A stretch of DNA of 63,056 nucleotides, filler included, from Choristocarpus tenellus KU-1152 (taxonomy: Eukaryota; Protista; Phaeophyceae), in the NCBI GenBank assembly GCA_964200185.2. It is 12 parts of 12 records of this genome, joined end to end, with 100 filler letters (N's around TTAATTAATTAA, not from the genome) between each part and the next. Parts side by side here need not be neighbours in the genome. Positions count along the whole stretch, not along the records: positions 37,807 to 41,489 come from CAXNAD020018538.1; positions 41,590 to 47,549 come from CAXNAD020009310.1; positions 47,650 to 51,061 come from CAXNAD020020219.1; 9 more parts are not named here. One strand, given 5' to 3'. The position numbers and the translations under genes are program-made. Under the pieces are notes generated by a model. That model made no database searches. It had not been told where the DNA came from and saw only the letters and a list, made by a program, of their open reading frames with translations. Positions 37,916 to 51,045 of the stretch are shown here, in pieces. The stretch's first letter is position 1, and each line of letters opens with the position of its first letter.

Positions 37916-38282
37916 CTACTTCTCTAGTATGACTGCTCCAGTATCAGAAGCCACTCAATCATGAAGTCTTTGGTTTCATCACAACCTCACATACATACAC
38001 CTGTGTTCAATTGCTACCCTTGTACGACTCATGTCAACCATGATCGCACGCTTCTCTCATGGCCATCCGTCTTGTAAGCACATTCACCAGTTAGTGCTTC
38101 TCCTGCCCATCCTGCTTCCGCTCTCAATCTGCAAAAAAAGTTCCCAAAGCATTAACAACCTTAGTAGCTTGCTCAATTCACGCGACTGACCCTGGGAAGA
38201 AGAGCCTCCTTTTCTTCATTACCACCTTTATACTACTCACAATTTATTTCTGTTTCTGTTTTTTACAACTCAATACAAAATC

Positions 38283-38870
38283 GGGGGTTTAGCCCAGTGG
38301 TATACGCGGACTCTTACGATGATGTTGTATCCATCAAGGAGATCATTCCACGGGTTCAACTACCCTAAGGCTGGCTCCACCTTTCCTAAGTGCCTGTGAA
38401 AGGCAAGAATGGAGTGGGTCATGCGGTTGTCTTAATGAAATGAGCCTTGGTTTGTGGATGTGATGTGATTGGGTGCCAAGAGACAAGAAGAGGTAGACTT
38501 TCTTGCCTTGAGGTGTCTAAGCTCAAGCACAATTTTTTTATAGTGAGGGAGAATATCAAAAGTTTGAACATGGAGAGTGGGTTTGGCATTGAAGGAAGCA
38601 ATCCTATAAAACAGACAATCATGAAGTGAGTACCTTGCTGAACAGCTGATGTCAGGCAGCTCCATTGGGATTACCTCTGTTGTGGAATATATGCCTCAAC
38701 AGAAGAGGCTTAGGAGGCAGCAAAGGATGTTTTCTAGGAGAAGTTCCACACTGTGGTAAAGCAAACTCCGTCCAAGGACAAGTTTATACTCCGATGGAAA
38801 CGAATCCTTTAACTGAAAAGAGAGATTAGGCAAGGGGGGATCACGACAGCCAGGATTCTTGGAATTTATG
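38283..38870 (+). mobile_element. tRNA-like Pol III head followed by degenerate RTE LINE apurinic endonuclease
   Basis: GGGGGTTTAGCCCAGTGGTA (A box) and GGTTCAAC (B box, 38353), then GCDVIGCQETRR (APE motif) and VVKQTPSKDKFIL. Does not fold as a tRNA. Confidence 0.65.
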
Positions 38871-38873
38871 GAT

Positions 38874-39133
38874 GAGTGAAAGTATCATAGAGGGTAACGA
38901 GTTTTGCCCTGTTTGTCCATTTGGGACTTGGCTCTCCGTGGGGTTTTTTAGGACATTTTCCTACTCCGAGATGTTGAGGAGTAGGTAAAATGTATACGTT
39001 ATGAAAAGGTGTGTTCAGAACATGGATATTGACACTTCCTAACAAAGACGACGGCCAAAATTACATCAAAATCGGAACATTGGATTTTGACCCCCAAATG
39101 GACGCGGCTCTACCCTCTAAGATACTTTGGTTC
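38874..39133 (+). mobile_element. MITE family B
   Basis: Full-length match to 4304-4560 with the same TIRs. Confidence 0.85.
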
Positions 39134-39269
39134 GGATGAGATGTGTTAAATAACAATGATGTGTTCGTGTCTAGAGGTACTCTACAGATGTATTGGGGCG
39201 TTAGTACATTACAGTTCATGCGACGGAATGAACCGATATTCGAAAAATACGGTACATTTTCGAAAACCC

Positions 39270-39610
39270 AACCCGATCGATCCCCAAACTCAATCGCAAC
39301 CCTGACCCTAACTCTAACCCTAACCTAATCCTAACTTGTGTGTGAAGAATATGCTCAGTCAGTCAGGGTAGCACTCTAGAAGAAGCAGTGCAGCAGTACA
39401 GTGTGCACTGGGGAACTACCACTTCTCAAGGATCCACCACTTTTCACTTTTTACAACATTTTCGAAACCCTAGCCCTAGCCCTGACCTTGACCCTGACCT
39501 GTGCGTCAAAAATAACATAAAGTTCGTTTGAAGAAGTGAAAAAACGTATGACAGCGGTACTTCCCCAAAACCAGGATGGTTCCGGAGACATGGCGGTTCC
39601 CATGTGCACT
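39270..39610 (+). mobile_element. MITE family C (telomere-repeat-bearing), second copy
   Basis: Two CCCTAA/CCCTGA arrays and CTTGTGTGTGAA, GCACTGGGGAAC, TTTTCACTTT blocks collinear with 5640-5945. Ends CCCATGTGCACT. Confidence 0.65.
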
Positions 39611-39792
39611 TCAGGTGTGACGTACATTAGCTATCACAGTTGTTCGCATGGGAAATTAGCAACTTCCCAAGATATCGATTTTTGGGGAGCTTGCGAATAG
39701 AAAACAGGACTAAGGTGGACAGGGGAAGAAAAATTGGTGGACAAGTCTCCAAGACGAGTTCAACAAGCATCGGGATAGAGCATGATCAATGC

Positions 39793-40047
39793 GAATGAAA
39801 GTGTATTAGAGGGTACGACTTTTCCCCTTTTTTCCATATGGGGCTTGGCTTCCCACGAGTTTTTAACATCTTAACTACTCCAAAATGTTTCGGAGTAGGT
39901 AAAATGTAAACGTTATGAAACGTTGTGTCTGGAACAAGGATATTGATGTCTCCTAACAAACATGATAGACAAAATTACATCCAAATTGAAACATTGAATT
40001 TTGTCCCCCAAATGGACACTGTTCTACCCTCTAAAAATATTTGACTC
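39793..40047 (+). mobile_element. MITE family B, diverged copy
   Basis: GAATGAAAGTGTATTAGAGGGTAC...CTACCCTCTAAAAATATTTGACTC. Confidence 0.8.
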
Positions 40048-40299
40048 TAACTGCTTGTGGAAATCGATGCAGGGGAGAGCGAATGTTTGATGATGTGATC
40101 AGAGCTTCAGAAAATAAGCCTGCTGGAGTGTCCATGTCATACAACAATATAACAGAACTTCAAGTACTCCAGCTTTGAGCATTCCAATCTAAAGCTGAGG
40201 TGAGACACGTGAGGTCATGGGTCATAAAAGATGAGGGCACGTATTTGCTGTGTGCCCTCGATCCTTGCAGATATAGCACCCGCCAGCCTACAGGTTGTT

Positions 40300-40800
40300 A
40301 TTGACACCATTTTTTGTTCCACTGTTTTATACTTTGTCGGGGCAGTCTTCAGCTTGGTGCCCACACTTTCTGCAGTGGAAACAATTTTCACTACGTGGCG
40401 CTCATTTTTCTTTAAACCCTTGCAATGCTGGGTGGTGCGTCCCCTGGTCTCGTGCATAGTTGGCACGTTGCCACCGTCTCCTTACCCAACACCGACAACA
40501 ACTTTGCTCCAGCTTCAGACAACTTTGCATGTTGGTCTGTTGTCTCCATCGAGAATTCTACACTCGATCTTGTGGTCATCGAAGAGCACGTTCATGATGG
40601 CAATGTTGATCTGCGTCCTCAGTCACAAGTGTTGTCATTTTAGTTCGCTACAATACATTCAACCCGGAAAGTAAACTTTTTGTCGGAAATATCGTAGATA
40701 CGTCTGGACTCTTGGCGCTTGCGAGTCCTGAAGAGAAATCAAGATATGGTTGGTGTTCTCAGCATCTCTGTTATTGCACTCAGAATAGTTATTCTATCTG
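40300..40800 (-). mobile_element. Ty1/copia-like gag remnant
   Basis: CCHC knuckle CFHCRKCGHQAEDC (about 40343-40384) and the segment IAIMNVLFDDHKIECRILDG. Disrupted. Confidence 0.55.
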
Positions 40801-40833
40801 TGAGGATAGGATAAAGGTGCGAAGTTACTGGTA

Positions 40834-41300
40834 CAGTGGTACCAGTAGGTTCGCCCTCTGGAGTTGTCCCCTGGTAACATTTGATGTAGACATTGGAATA
40901 AAAAATAAAAGCTTAATCGTGATGCCCGTCACAAGGCCCTCCAGAGTACGGTCATTGTTTCTTTTTCGCCATTTTTTTCTGTTTTTGAAGAGAGACCGCT
41001 CATATTGGGGTTCGAACCTTGGATTGTAGGTCACCAAGAGTGGCAACAGATACACTATTACTTGATTGAAGTATAGGGTTTAGGGAGGAAAAAAGTCTTC
41101 CCACCCTTTCTTCCTGTGTGTTCGCGCACCCACTCTTTGACCTCGGGAAGGATCCCCTCGTCGAGGCCCTGGACGAAACGCCTCTAATAGCGTCCTTGCT
41201 CCGACACCTTGATATGGCCCTTAGTTAGGAAGTCTCTCTCTCATCCACTCATAGTTTCCACCCTCACCATCGCATATCTTGCTGCCATCTCGAGCACCAC
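40834..41300 (-). mobile_element. Family E DNA transposon, inverted copy
   Basis: TA|CAGTGGTACC terminus. Reverse-complement homolog of 36372-36835. Confidence 0.7.
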
Positions 41301-41321
41301 TTGATGATCTTTCCCATGACT

Positions 41322-41489
41322 CAAGTATCTGGGGAGGGGGGTGGCGGCTGTACATTTGGGGTCAATTTTTTCATGTCGTGATTTTTGGGTGATCTAGTTC
41401 CATACGTTCGATGGATAATGAAAGTGCACTTTTCCTGGTTTTGTCCAAATGGACACTCTGGTGTAGACCACATACGCCACCACGCACCA
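41322..41489 (+). mobile_element. MITE family H at contig end
   Basis: AAGTATCTGGGGAGGGGG...CCAAATGGACAC...GTGTAGAC. Reverse-complement homolog of 49662-49848. Confidence 0.7.
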
Positions 41490-41594
41490 NNNNNNNNNNN
41501 NNNNNNNNNNNNNNNNNNNNNNNNNNNNNNNNNTTAATTAATTAANNNNNNNNNNNNNNNNNNNNNNNNNNNNNNNNNNNNNNNNNNNNCTTCT

Positions 41595-41686
41595 CTCCCA
41601 ATTCATCTCCCCCATTTCATCTCCCCCAATTCATCTCCCCCAATTCATCTCCCCCAATTCATCTCCCCCAATTCATCTCCTACAAT
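41595..41686. repeat. 14-bp minisatellite (CCCCCAATTCATCT)n
   Basis: About 6 copies visible. Confidence 0.9.
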
Positions 41687-42196
41687 TGTGGGAATGAGTG
41701 AACTTCCCGACTCGGGACCGGCCTCAAAAATGAGTGAGTGCTTCAGGTTTGCCAAAAAAGGCGACCCAAACATCTGTAAGATTAAAGAACAACAACACTT
41801 CTACGGTTGTTTAATTATCGTTTTCAAGTGAGCGGGCTATGCATCTGTACCAGTAGGAACAGTGGAAATTGTACATCTATGTGTTGTTGGCAATATCCCT
41901 GAACTTACCCTCTCCCTTGTCCACAGAGTTTTGCAATAGCATCATCATCCTCACTCTGTAGAGTCACACCAAAGCACTGTAATTCACATTCACCTCACAT
42001 AACTAGGACATTTTGTTCAATCCCCTCCCTTCCCCCCTTCCTTTTCCTTCCTTGTTACATCCCATAGAACAATGAAGATTCTCCTCCTTTTCTAGATACG
42101 CCTTATACGATAACAAGAACTCCCATCCGGTCAACCCTAAGACTTGAACTAACCCCCTAACCCTAAGTTTTCCTTTTTTTCTTTTTTTGGACAAAG

Positions 42197-42350
42197 GTTT
42201 TTGTATGACATGTTTATGAACCTCAATGCTGACCATGATAACCGGCTGGAGGCTAAGACCACAGCCAGCTTTCTTGAGATATATGGCGAGGATGTGTTTG
42301 ATCTCCTCAGTGAAGCGGCTAACCCGGGTTCAAAGCGGGTATCCCTTCAG
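42197..42350 (+). CDS. Kinesin motor-domain internal exon (kinesin-4-like)
   Basis: AG/GTAAG bounded: FLYDMFMNLNADHDNRLEAKTTASFLEIYGEDVFDLLSEAANPGSKRVSLQ, containing the kinesin SFLEIY.E...DLL motif. Confidence 0.85.
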
Positions 42351-43536
42351 GTAAGGAGGTAGCTTGTTCCTCATATATATATTTTTCAATTATAACTGTA
42401 CAAGGAAAGCCTTCCTACATATATAAATACATGTTTTTTTTCAAGATTATGTAGTTGAGTACAACAGTAATAGTGTGTGCAGATTTTTGTGTAAGAGATG
42501 CTGTAACTGTGGGTTGAAGTGTATGAGATATGTCGGAAATGCTATTCTCAGTGGTTGACTATGATGTTGGAGTCCAGGACGTTTTTGTCAAGCAAGGTGT
42601 GTGCAGGTGTTGTGTCTGCCTGAAGGGAGTTTGAGCATTGGCGTTATTCTTTGCCTCCATGTGTGGGATGCAACAACAGTTCATACACTGCATTTTTTTT
42701 TTTAATGGTTTGTACATTATTTTTTTTTAGTAAATTTCATACATTATATTTCATGCATTTTGTTTGTGTCTTTAGTTTAGAGTTCATGTGTTATGGATGC
42801 GTTTCTTGTTTTGAGATGTACACAGTGTTTTTTTAGTAATCTATTTTACTTTTGCTATCTCTGACTAGAGTTCCGTTTGTGATTTAAACTATTTTCTGAC
42901 AGTCATTTAACTGTTTTCTGACAGTCAGTCAGGTCGATGCTAGAATTTTTTTTTTTCTTCTTAAAAGATTATCGGTTTGATGCATCAGATTGTTGTGGGT
43001 GACACCTATGAGATTATGGTTCTAGAGTTGATAACACTTTTAAAATGCACAGCAAGTTGGCAGTAGGAGAAGGAAAAAGAGACAGTTATCTACCTATTCT
43101 ACACGAGTTTGAACAGTCTATGGGGCAGGCAGGGGCTATGAACGACAAAAGACTATTAGTACATTTTCCCTGTTTTTTGTGGGTCTTGCAAAACCCACCA
43201 TGAGGTGTACCCTAACATATCAGCAAAATCAGTCTTAGTCTACCTATTCTATTCTATGCCACCTGCAGTGAAGCTGCAAGAAACGTCTGCCTAGTGCGAT
43301 ATTTTGTCCTCCCTAACCCTAACCCTAACCCTTAAGACCGATGCTGAACAGAGGAAGTATATTTTTATCAACTCACCGGTGAGAGGCCAGGCCTTCCCAT
43401 TTCTTGCAGACCCTACGTGTTGAGTAAGGTGTGCCCCGTATCCGCATATAGTACAAAAAAAAAAAAACAGGGATGTTTGGTAAAAAAAGGTGTGTCATAA
43501 AAAATTTTATAAAAAAAATTTGTAAAATAATTTTTT

Positions 43537-43624
43537 TACAATAAGACTTTGTACAACAAGACTTTGTACAATAAGACTTTGTACAATAAGACTTTGTACA
43601 ATAATTTTTGTACAATAAGACTTT
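43537..43624. repeat. 15-bp minisatellite (TACAATAAGACTTTG)n
   Basis: About 6 copies. Confidence 0.9.
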
Positions 43625-43812
43625 AATACTAGGTGACTTCACCCAAGAGGGCAGCACGTGTCCCAAGCACAGTAGTAAATTTGTAAAGGGTTAGGGTTAG
43701 AAGACCTCCACCTTGCTGAATAATTTTGTGTTGTTGATGTAGGATATGTGGGCTTGTGGAGGAAAGGAAATTCTGTCAAGAAGGGGCTCAATGTAGAGGG
43801 GACTTGGAGAGG

Positions 43813-43938
43813 TATCCCGTTGTATCCCATTATATTCCGTTATATCCCATTTTATTCCATTATATCCCATTATATTCCGTTACATCCCATTATATTCCGT
43901 TACATCCCATTTTATTCCGTTATATCCCATTATATCCT
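43813..43938. repeat. 10-bp minisatellite alternating TTATATCCCA / TTATATTCCG
   Basis: About 12 units with a 20-bp higher-order period. Confidence 0.9.
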
Positions 43939-44148
43939 GATCTAGGACCGAGCTCTACCCACGACATTAAAGTGTTGTTGTTGGTGGTGATTGAAATTAT
44001 TGGGTATGTATGACAACATTTGGGGAGTGTCTGGTCATTAAACCCTAACCTTTTAGGGTGCAAGCTGTAAATCTCCCTAGGATAATGGTCAATGGTAGAA
44101 TCAGTTATTCTATTTATTGTAATTATTATTATTATTGTTATTATTGTA

Positions 44149-44184
<36 letters not shown>

Positions 44185-46967
44185 ATTGTACTTCATATTT
44201 TTCATGGTCATATATTTTTTCAACAGTTGAAGAGAGAGAGAGAGTGATACATGTCAATGGTGTGTCTGTTTTGTAGGACAGGGGCCAACAACACGGTCTC
44301 TTTGCTGGGATGAGGTTCTTACTTTCCACAAGCCAACATTGAAACTAGTTATATAGCCACATAAACAGGGCCCAATTCACACCCACACCGCGATTGTGGG
44401 AGGGAATCTGTGCCTAGCTTGTTGCTAGGATGGAATATTTTTCCAATGTTGCTGCTTCATGTAGTAAGCATTTTATACATTTCTTTTAGTCTACTTGTAT
44501 ACATTTCTTCATGTTGTAAGTATTGTATTCCTTTATTTTTTATTTTTCCTATTTTTATTTCTATTCAAATACAATGGCTAAAATCTTGCTATCACATATT
44601 TCCTAAAAAAAAAGGAAACAAGATCTTGAAGATTGTTTAAATTCAACTTGAGAATATTGAGATTGAGGATCTTGAAGGTTATTTTTACATGTAGTAGCTT
44701 CAGGATATATAGATTGAAGATTTAGAAGATAGCTTAAATGTATAACTTGAGGATACAAAAGATTTACAATTTTGAAGATGGTGTGAATTGAAGGTAATTT
44801 AAGGTAACTTGACAAAGAACAACATATGGACTGGACTACTAGATGATTTTTGACTATCGTTCATACTCCTCTCTCTCCTCTAGACTCTCCCAGAGTAGTG
44901 TCATATCTTCTATGCCCCCCCTCCCACCCCTGAACTCTCTACTATCCTCCTATCCCTCAAGAGGAAGTCCCTTGCAGTTCTATCGTCATCATGTCTAAAT
45001 TCATAGCCCCTTACCCATTGGTCACTTTTTTCCCCCAAGCGATGGAGGTCATTATTTGTGTCATTGTGGTAGGTAGGGTTAGGGTTATGCATGTAGCAGT
45101 CTGTGGTGTTGGGACTTTGTGATGACGGAGGTGGCAGGGGCTGACTGTTATTAGATTTTGGAGGAAATGTTGTCAAGAGATGTGTGTGTCTTGGTTGTGG
45201 TGATTCCTTGTCAAGTGGAGGATCTTGACCACATTGGAAGGGTTGGAAAAATATTTTTGTGGGTTGATGAGCAGTCCATGAAATTTTTTATTGTGCCAGG
45301 TTTTAAGAGTCGTGTTTTGAAGCAGACATCAAAATATAAAAATATAAAAATATTCTGAGCTTTTTTTTTGAGTACTTGATAAAAAAATATAATTTTGCGA
45401 TTTTTTTAAAAATTATGTCGGAAGATTTTGCCTTTTTTGTGTTCTGAAGTTCTTGACTCTTTCCTGCAAGAGCGTATATTATTTTTTGGAAAAAAATCAA
45501 AAGGCGGAATAAATGTTGCAGATGTGATGTGAGTGATATGAGTGATATGGTGAGGTTTGAAATGATATGGTAATATGATGATAGGTGCGCAAGAGAGTCA
45601 ACACTTACAACACTTACAACACTTACAACACTTCTAACACTTACAAGGGTTGCTTTTGCCTCAGATGTGTATATTTTAGATATTATTATTAATATTGTTA
45701 TTATTATTATTATTATTATGGAGTTGTATGCATGTGGCACACATGTAATGGTGTGTACCTCTTGAATGTAAACGAGCTGGCTCTTGGGAAATGAAAAATG
45801 ATCGCACAGGCCTCAGCTAATATTCATGAAAAATTGAAGAGCTATCTCCAAGATGTGAATTTCAGTAATGTCAGTAGATGTAGAGTCACATGCTACACGG
45901 TATGGGCTTGAAGGGTCAAAGTTATGATTCTCCTTGGACCTTCCAGATTAGTCGTTATGTTTTGATTGGACTGGCTGAGTTCTTTTGAATTGTTGTGCAT
46001 TTTTTTTTGCATGATCTGAAGTTGGCTTTGTTCAAGACCTACTTTCACCCCGCCCCCCTTTGTTTTATAGAGGAGCCACAGTAGTCACCATACTAAATGC
46101 ACACCCAAACATGTCACTCACATACTCACGCGGGAATGGATGCAGTATGTGGATGCATAAGCAGCTTCTCTACCATATACCCTTTAGCTTCTCAACCATG
46201 TACCTCTTTGTTTCATGATATTATTTTAGTGTCCATTTGTTTCCTCAGGTTAGGGTTAGGGCTAGTGTTGCTGCTTCCGTTGTAACTGTGTCTTGTGGTG
46301 TGTTCCTCTCTGTCATGTTCTTCCTCTGCCCATAACCCCCTTGGATGATATTCCACTGATAAATGAAGGTCTGTTGTTGATTGATCACCCTCATGATGGT
46401 GTCTAGGCTGTGTTTGGTCTTGTGGGAAGGTTGTTCAAGGAAATGTAGACAGGCAAAATCTTCATTAGTTGACAGAAATTGACGCCTCATGCAATTTATG
46501 CAGCTAAACACTTTCTTGCACAAGCATCACTCAGGGACTGTATGAGGGGTTAGAATTGGTACTATGTTAATATCATTTTATGTTAGTATAATATATAATA
46601 TTATTTTTTATCTTTTATTTTGTTCATATTATTATTGTTACTATTATTATTTGTTAATTTTTACCCGTCCGAGTGTTATGATTCAATGAGAGATTGTTGT
46701 TGTTGACAGATGGGTTATCTTTTTAATAGATGATAGATGGGTTATAGCTGGGGGGATTATCAGACTAGAGATAAATATACCAAAGGAGGAATGGAAAAGT
46801 AATTAACCCAAAATATCATCAGTGGGCTGACTTTGAGGAGAAAATTGAGATTCGTAATAACCAGATATGGAATGGCGTTTCATATTATACCAGATGTGGA
46901 ATGGTGTTTCATATTATACCACAATATACACACGTAGTGTTGGTGGTGTATATTCAATTCTTCATAC

Positions 46968-47036
46968 TGTGATTTTATCATTTCTCAGTATGTGATTTTA
47001 TCATTTCTCAGTATGTGATTTTATCATTTCTCAGTA
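46968..47036. repeat. 23-bp tandem repeat x3 (TGTGATTTTATCATTTCTCAGTA)
   Basis: Three exact copies. Confidence 0.9.
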
Positions 47037-47649
47037 GTTAGTTGGTCATACCGTTTTGCTGACTCCGTCAGCTTTATATTTATTACATCAGTTTTATATT
47101 TACTACACTACAGATGAAGTAAAGGAGGTATTGCAGAGGAGTTGTTTGTGCTTGTCTTGGGGGGATATGTTGGTGAGGGGGGATATGTTGGTGATGTATA
47201 CCCTTTGCACGCCTTGACGCATGAGGTAGCAGAGTGTGTCTGATTCTGGTACTGTTACCTCTCTGATACCTTTTTCTGTCATTGACATGCAATTATGTTG
47301 TAAATTGTGTTGTGGATTATGTTCTGAGGTGTGTTGTGAATTGTGTTGTGAATTGTGGATTATCATAGCCTTTGTATTGAAAGAAAGCTTCCTACAGGGA
47401 TAGTAGGAACAGGTGTGCCAGTTGATGGGACTCATACAGGCAAAGTGTTAGTGTGATGGCTCAAAGTATCTTGGGGGGGGGGGGGGGGGGGGGAGGCTGT
47501 TCATTTGGGGGCAATTTTTTTTTGTTGCAATTTTTTTTTTGTTTTTGTTNNNNNNNNNNNNNNNNNNNNNNNNNNNNNNNNNNNNNNNNNNNNTTAATTA
47601 ATTAANNNNNNNNNNNNNNNNNNNNNNNNNNNNNNNNNNNNNNNNNNNN

Positions 47650-47787
47650 TGATAATCCAAGTGAGAGATCCAGCATACTTGACGACTTGTGCATCAAGAG
47701 TCCTATACATGCATCAGTATCATCTAGAGGCCCGTAGATTGGAGCTACACATCCTGTAGAGGTAAGCTTTCTGGGGCGCCTGTAACA
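47650..47787 (+). mobile_element. LTR 3' end fragment
   Basis: Matches 37807-37915 and ends CTGTAACA. Confidence 0.75.
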
Positions 47788-49661
47788 GTTGCGCCATTGA
47801 GGTGTACACGCTGCAAAAGTGTACTGATCTCGTGTGTTGACATATACTCCAAAGTAGATGAGTAGATGTGTACGAGTGAGCAAAAATCAATTACTGGAAC
47901 TTATCTAGCATATGCAACAGGGCCGAACTCATGCGTAGCATCTTACCCCACGCCAATACAGACAATTAATATAGTTTCTTCCCTGTTCAGAATTATGTTG
48001 ATATTTAAAAATAATGCCAAGCTCACCTGACCCCGAATAATAATTAAAAAGTATCTTGCGACCCCTGTGAATTCATTGCAACAATTATTTTGAGGGTGAT
48101 ACTGATAATGAAGGAGACAGTTTAGGTTTGAGTCAAATAGTTGAAGAGGCTGAGGAGAGAGTAGGAGATAGCCACCTATGCAACAGGGAATCTTGCAGTT
48201 GTTGATGGAGGGGGTGATCACTTACTAGTCGATGGAGTAGGATCATACTCCACAGAGCTATCACACCGTGGTGCCATCATCAACTACAACTCTACTCTTA
48301 TTGGACGTTTGTTTTGAATCCGCTGTATTTGACTTGTAACATAAGGTTCAAAGGAGTCACTTGGGTGAAAGACAAGTCCACCAGTGTTTGGTGGTACTCC
48401 AGCTCAATTCAAGCCGACTTCTAGGAGTTGAGCTGTCAGGTCTCAAGATGCCAAGACCTCCAGTTCAGGGATCTTTTTTTATTCTAGACTCCATCCACAG
48501 GATTGATGGGGGACGTACAACAAGAAGGCCATGACACTCCCTTATCCTCCTATATCATAGATCTGAGCAGAATTTACCTAAGGGATCCTCCTGACTTGTA
48601 GATGGAGGTGCCTGCAAGCTATACAAACATAAACCCAATTACCTGCACAGATATAAATAAGGAAAATCAGAAAGGTTCCTCTTGGTATTTGAGTTGGACA
48701 CATCGAAGTAAAGTATTGCCTGAAACATTGTGTGCTCTGGAGTACTCTGGAGCAGTGAATATCTCTTGGCAACGTCGGTTTTAGTATTGAAGTGACCCTT
48801 CCATCCGTTGTTATCCTTGCACAGAATAAGAGCTGTTGTGTGGAATACATGCTCATCTTTCTGTCTCTGGGTCGTGCTGGACGAAGTACTGTAAATACTG
48901 TGGGCTTATCTCACTTAACTTCTCGGGCTTGCAGAGTTTTGTGGGTTTTTTTCCATTGTTGTCGAAGTTGAGAAGTTGTCAGTACTCATGATTGTCAGTT
49001 CGCACAACTTAATTTCTAGGGGGACGTGCATCTTCTCCTTCGAGTTTTCTCCACTTGACTCATTCAGTAGCCTGAAATGTCTTCCCCATTTTCAAAATCA
49101 TTATCCTCAAAGACCTCCGAGGAGGCCCACACCTCCTTCCTCCCAGGGTCATAAGCCTCCAGAGCTCGTCGCGCAACATTAAGGTTTCCTTCTGCCCAGG
49201 AAGCATGCCCAGTGACGCTAGGGTCCATGGAATGAAGTGTCTTGGCCTTGGAGACAAGGGCAAGACATCGGTCAATGAGGTCCTCTGAGATGGCTGACGT
49301 AGCACCACTCCCATCCTCTCCTCTAGCTGCCTGCCCACCTTTCTCCTTTGTTGCCCACCCCAGGAGAATAAGTCCTGAGCTCTGGATGGAACGTGACTTT
49401 GGGGAAGTGGAGAATTATAGGCATGGAAAGTGGGCAAATGTTTGGAAGATGTGGAGCCCATGTTATATGTGACCTTTTTCGGTAGAGCTTCATGAAAAGG
49501 GAAAAATAGCTCAACGTATTTCCACCCTGAACTATAACGGACAGGCATGCAATGGGTCAAATCTGTACAAGAGCCAAAGCACTTAAGAAGGTAGGGCCGC
49601 GTCCGTTTGGGTTCCAAAGCCCAATGTTACAATGTTGACGTACTTTTGGCTATCAGGCGCA

Positions 49662-49815
49662 ACATATCTTGGGGGGGGCGTGTCTACACGTGGGTGTCCA
49701 TTTGGGCCATGACCAGGAAAAATATGCAACATTATATTATCAATCCGACGTATGCAACCAAATCACCCAAAAATTACAACACGAAAAAATGGGCCCCAAA
49801 TGGACAGCTGCCCCC

Positions 49816-49848
<33 letters not shown>
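49662..49848 (-). mobile_element. MITE family H, near-complete copy with G-run and C-run ends
   Basis: TATCTTGGGGGGGG...TGTCCATTTGGG ... CCCAAATGGACAG...poly-C, with inverted TGTCCATTTGG/CCAAATGGACA. Confidence 0.65.
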
Positions 49849-49852
<4 letters not shown>

Positions 49853-50094
49853 AGGAAATGTCAGTATCCTTGCTTCGGACACACCTTTCATGGTTGTATA
49901 CATTTTAGGTAACTGTGTTTATACAGAAGGCCGAAAAAGGACATGAAAAACCCTTGAGAAGCCAAGACCTGAATGGACAAATCGGGCAAAACTCCTATCC
50001 TCTTAAATGCTTTGGGTCAGAACAGCATTGCAATCTTCCTCCACACGACTGTCTTTGTAGCCCAAAATAGAACGCATTCTTCTGCAGGTCGCAC

Positions 50095-51045
50095 CTGACT
50101 GAAGGTAGACATTGCTTCTGACACAACCAAAACGACCTCTTTTGCAAGGGAAACCCTTGGGAGCCCAAGTTCTTTCTTGTTAATGTAGGAAACAAGCTGG
50201 GAAAAGCCATGCTCTTGCGTCGCAATGGATGAAGGATATCGTTTCATCCGTGCAAGGACTAGCCTTGGCCCTCCTGATCTGGGATGACAGTTTAAAGGGT
50301 TGGGTGACAGTGGGGGTATGTTAGTGGAGCCAACAAAGAGAAAACAAAGGGAAGTGGTTAAGACCAAGAAAGGATACCTGGTAAGTATGATTGTGGATCA
50401 TATAGGGTTAGCATTCATTCTCTGTGGGACTGGTCCTAGCATCTGGAGTCATCTATTTAATTTTCAAAACTTGTCCTTATCCTGCCCAAGCTTGAAATCC
50501 TCAAGCATCCTCCACCATTTCCCTTCCTTTTTCCCCCAAAAACAACCAGTCTATCTCATGACAAGACATGGCAGCATTGTTAGAGGTACTCTGTGTTTGA
50601 TTGTTCTACATGCTACAGGCTTGCCCTCTACCCCACCTAGGACACCTGCCTCAACAGGGTGGAGATTTCCCGGGGGATGCTGGTCTTCTCAACCCATGCA
50701 CTGGTGGCGAGCAGCTTCGTAGGATAACTGTATTCACCCCAACCTCCATGGTTTCTTCCTCGGATGCGATAGCGAAGGGCCAGTCCAGGAACACGTCGGT
50801 GGATTCTGATTGGGGAGGACGTGATTGCAGGGTAACCAGGGGGAAAGACAGGGGCCCACTCGCTATTGTTGCGGAGATTACCGGAGGAGACGACCTCATA
50901 CTCTGTTGGGGGTGCACCTGAAAAGTCTGGGTCCTCCCAGGTGAGGAGCACTTCTGTCCGTGACAGCTCAGTGGCATCAGGGGTCAGTGGGTGGGGGGGG
51001 CGACTTGGTGGCGCACACAATGTGGCTGCTGCCATCATTTGTAAG
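50095..51045 (-). CDS. Fibronectin type III domain protein followed by an ARM-like helical segment, two internal exons
   Basis: Exon about 51045-50650 has the FN3 pattern (PPHP...VLLTWEDP...EYEV...YRIRGRNHGGWGEYS). Exon 50278-50095 reads SGGPRLVLARMKRYPSSIATQEHG...SQ|gt. Confidence 0.7.

Noticed and set aside
38283-38370. tRNA gene
   Set aside because: It has A/B boxes, but no 3' strand pairing with the GGGGGTT acceptor and no anticodon stem. Treated as a SINE-like head.
43537-43938. CRISPR-like array
   Set aside because: The 15-bp and 10-bp units are directly tandem with no unique spacers. The context is eukaryotic and there are no cas genes.
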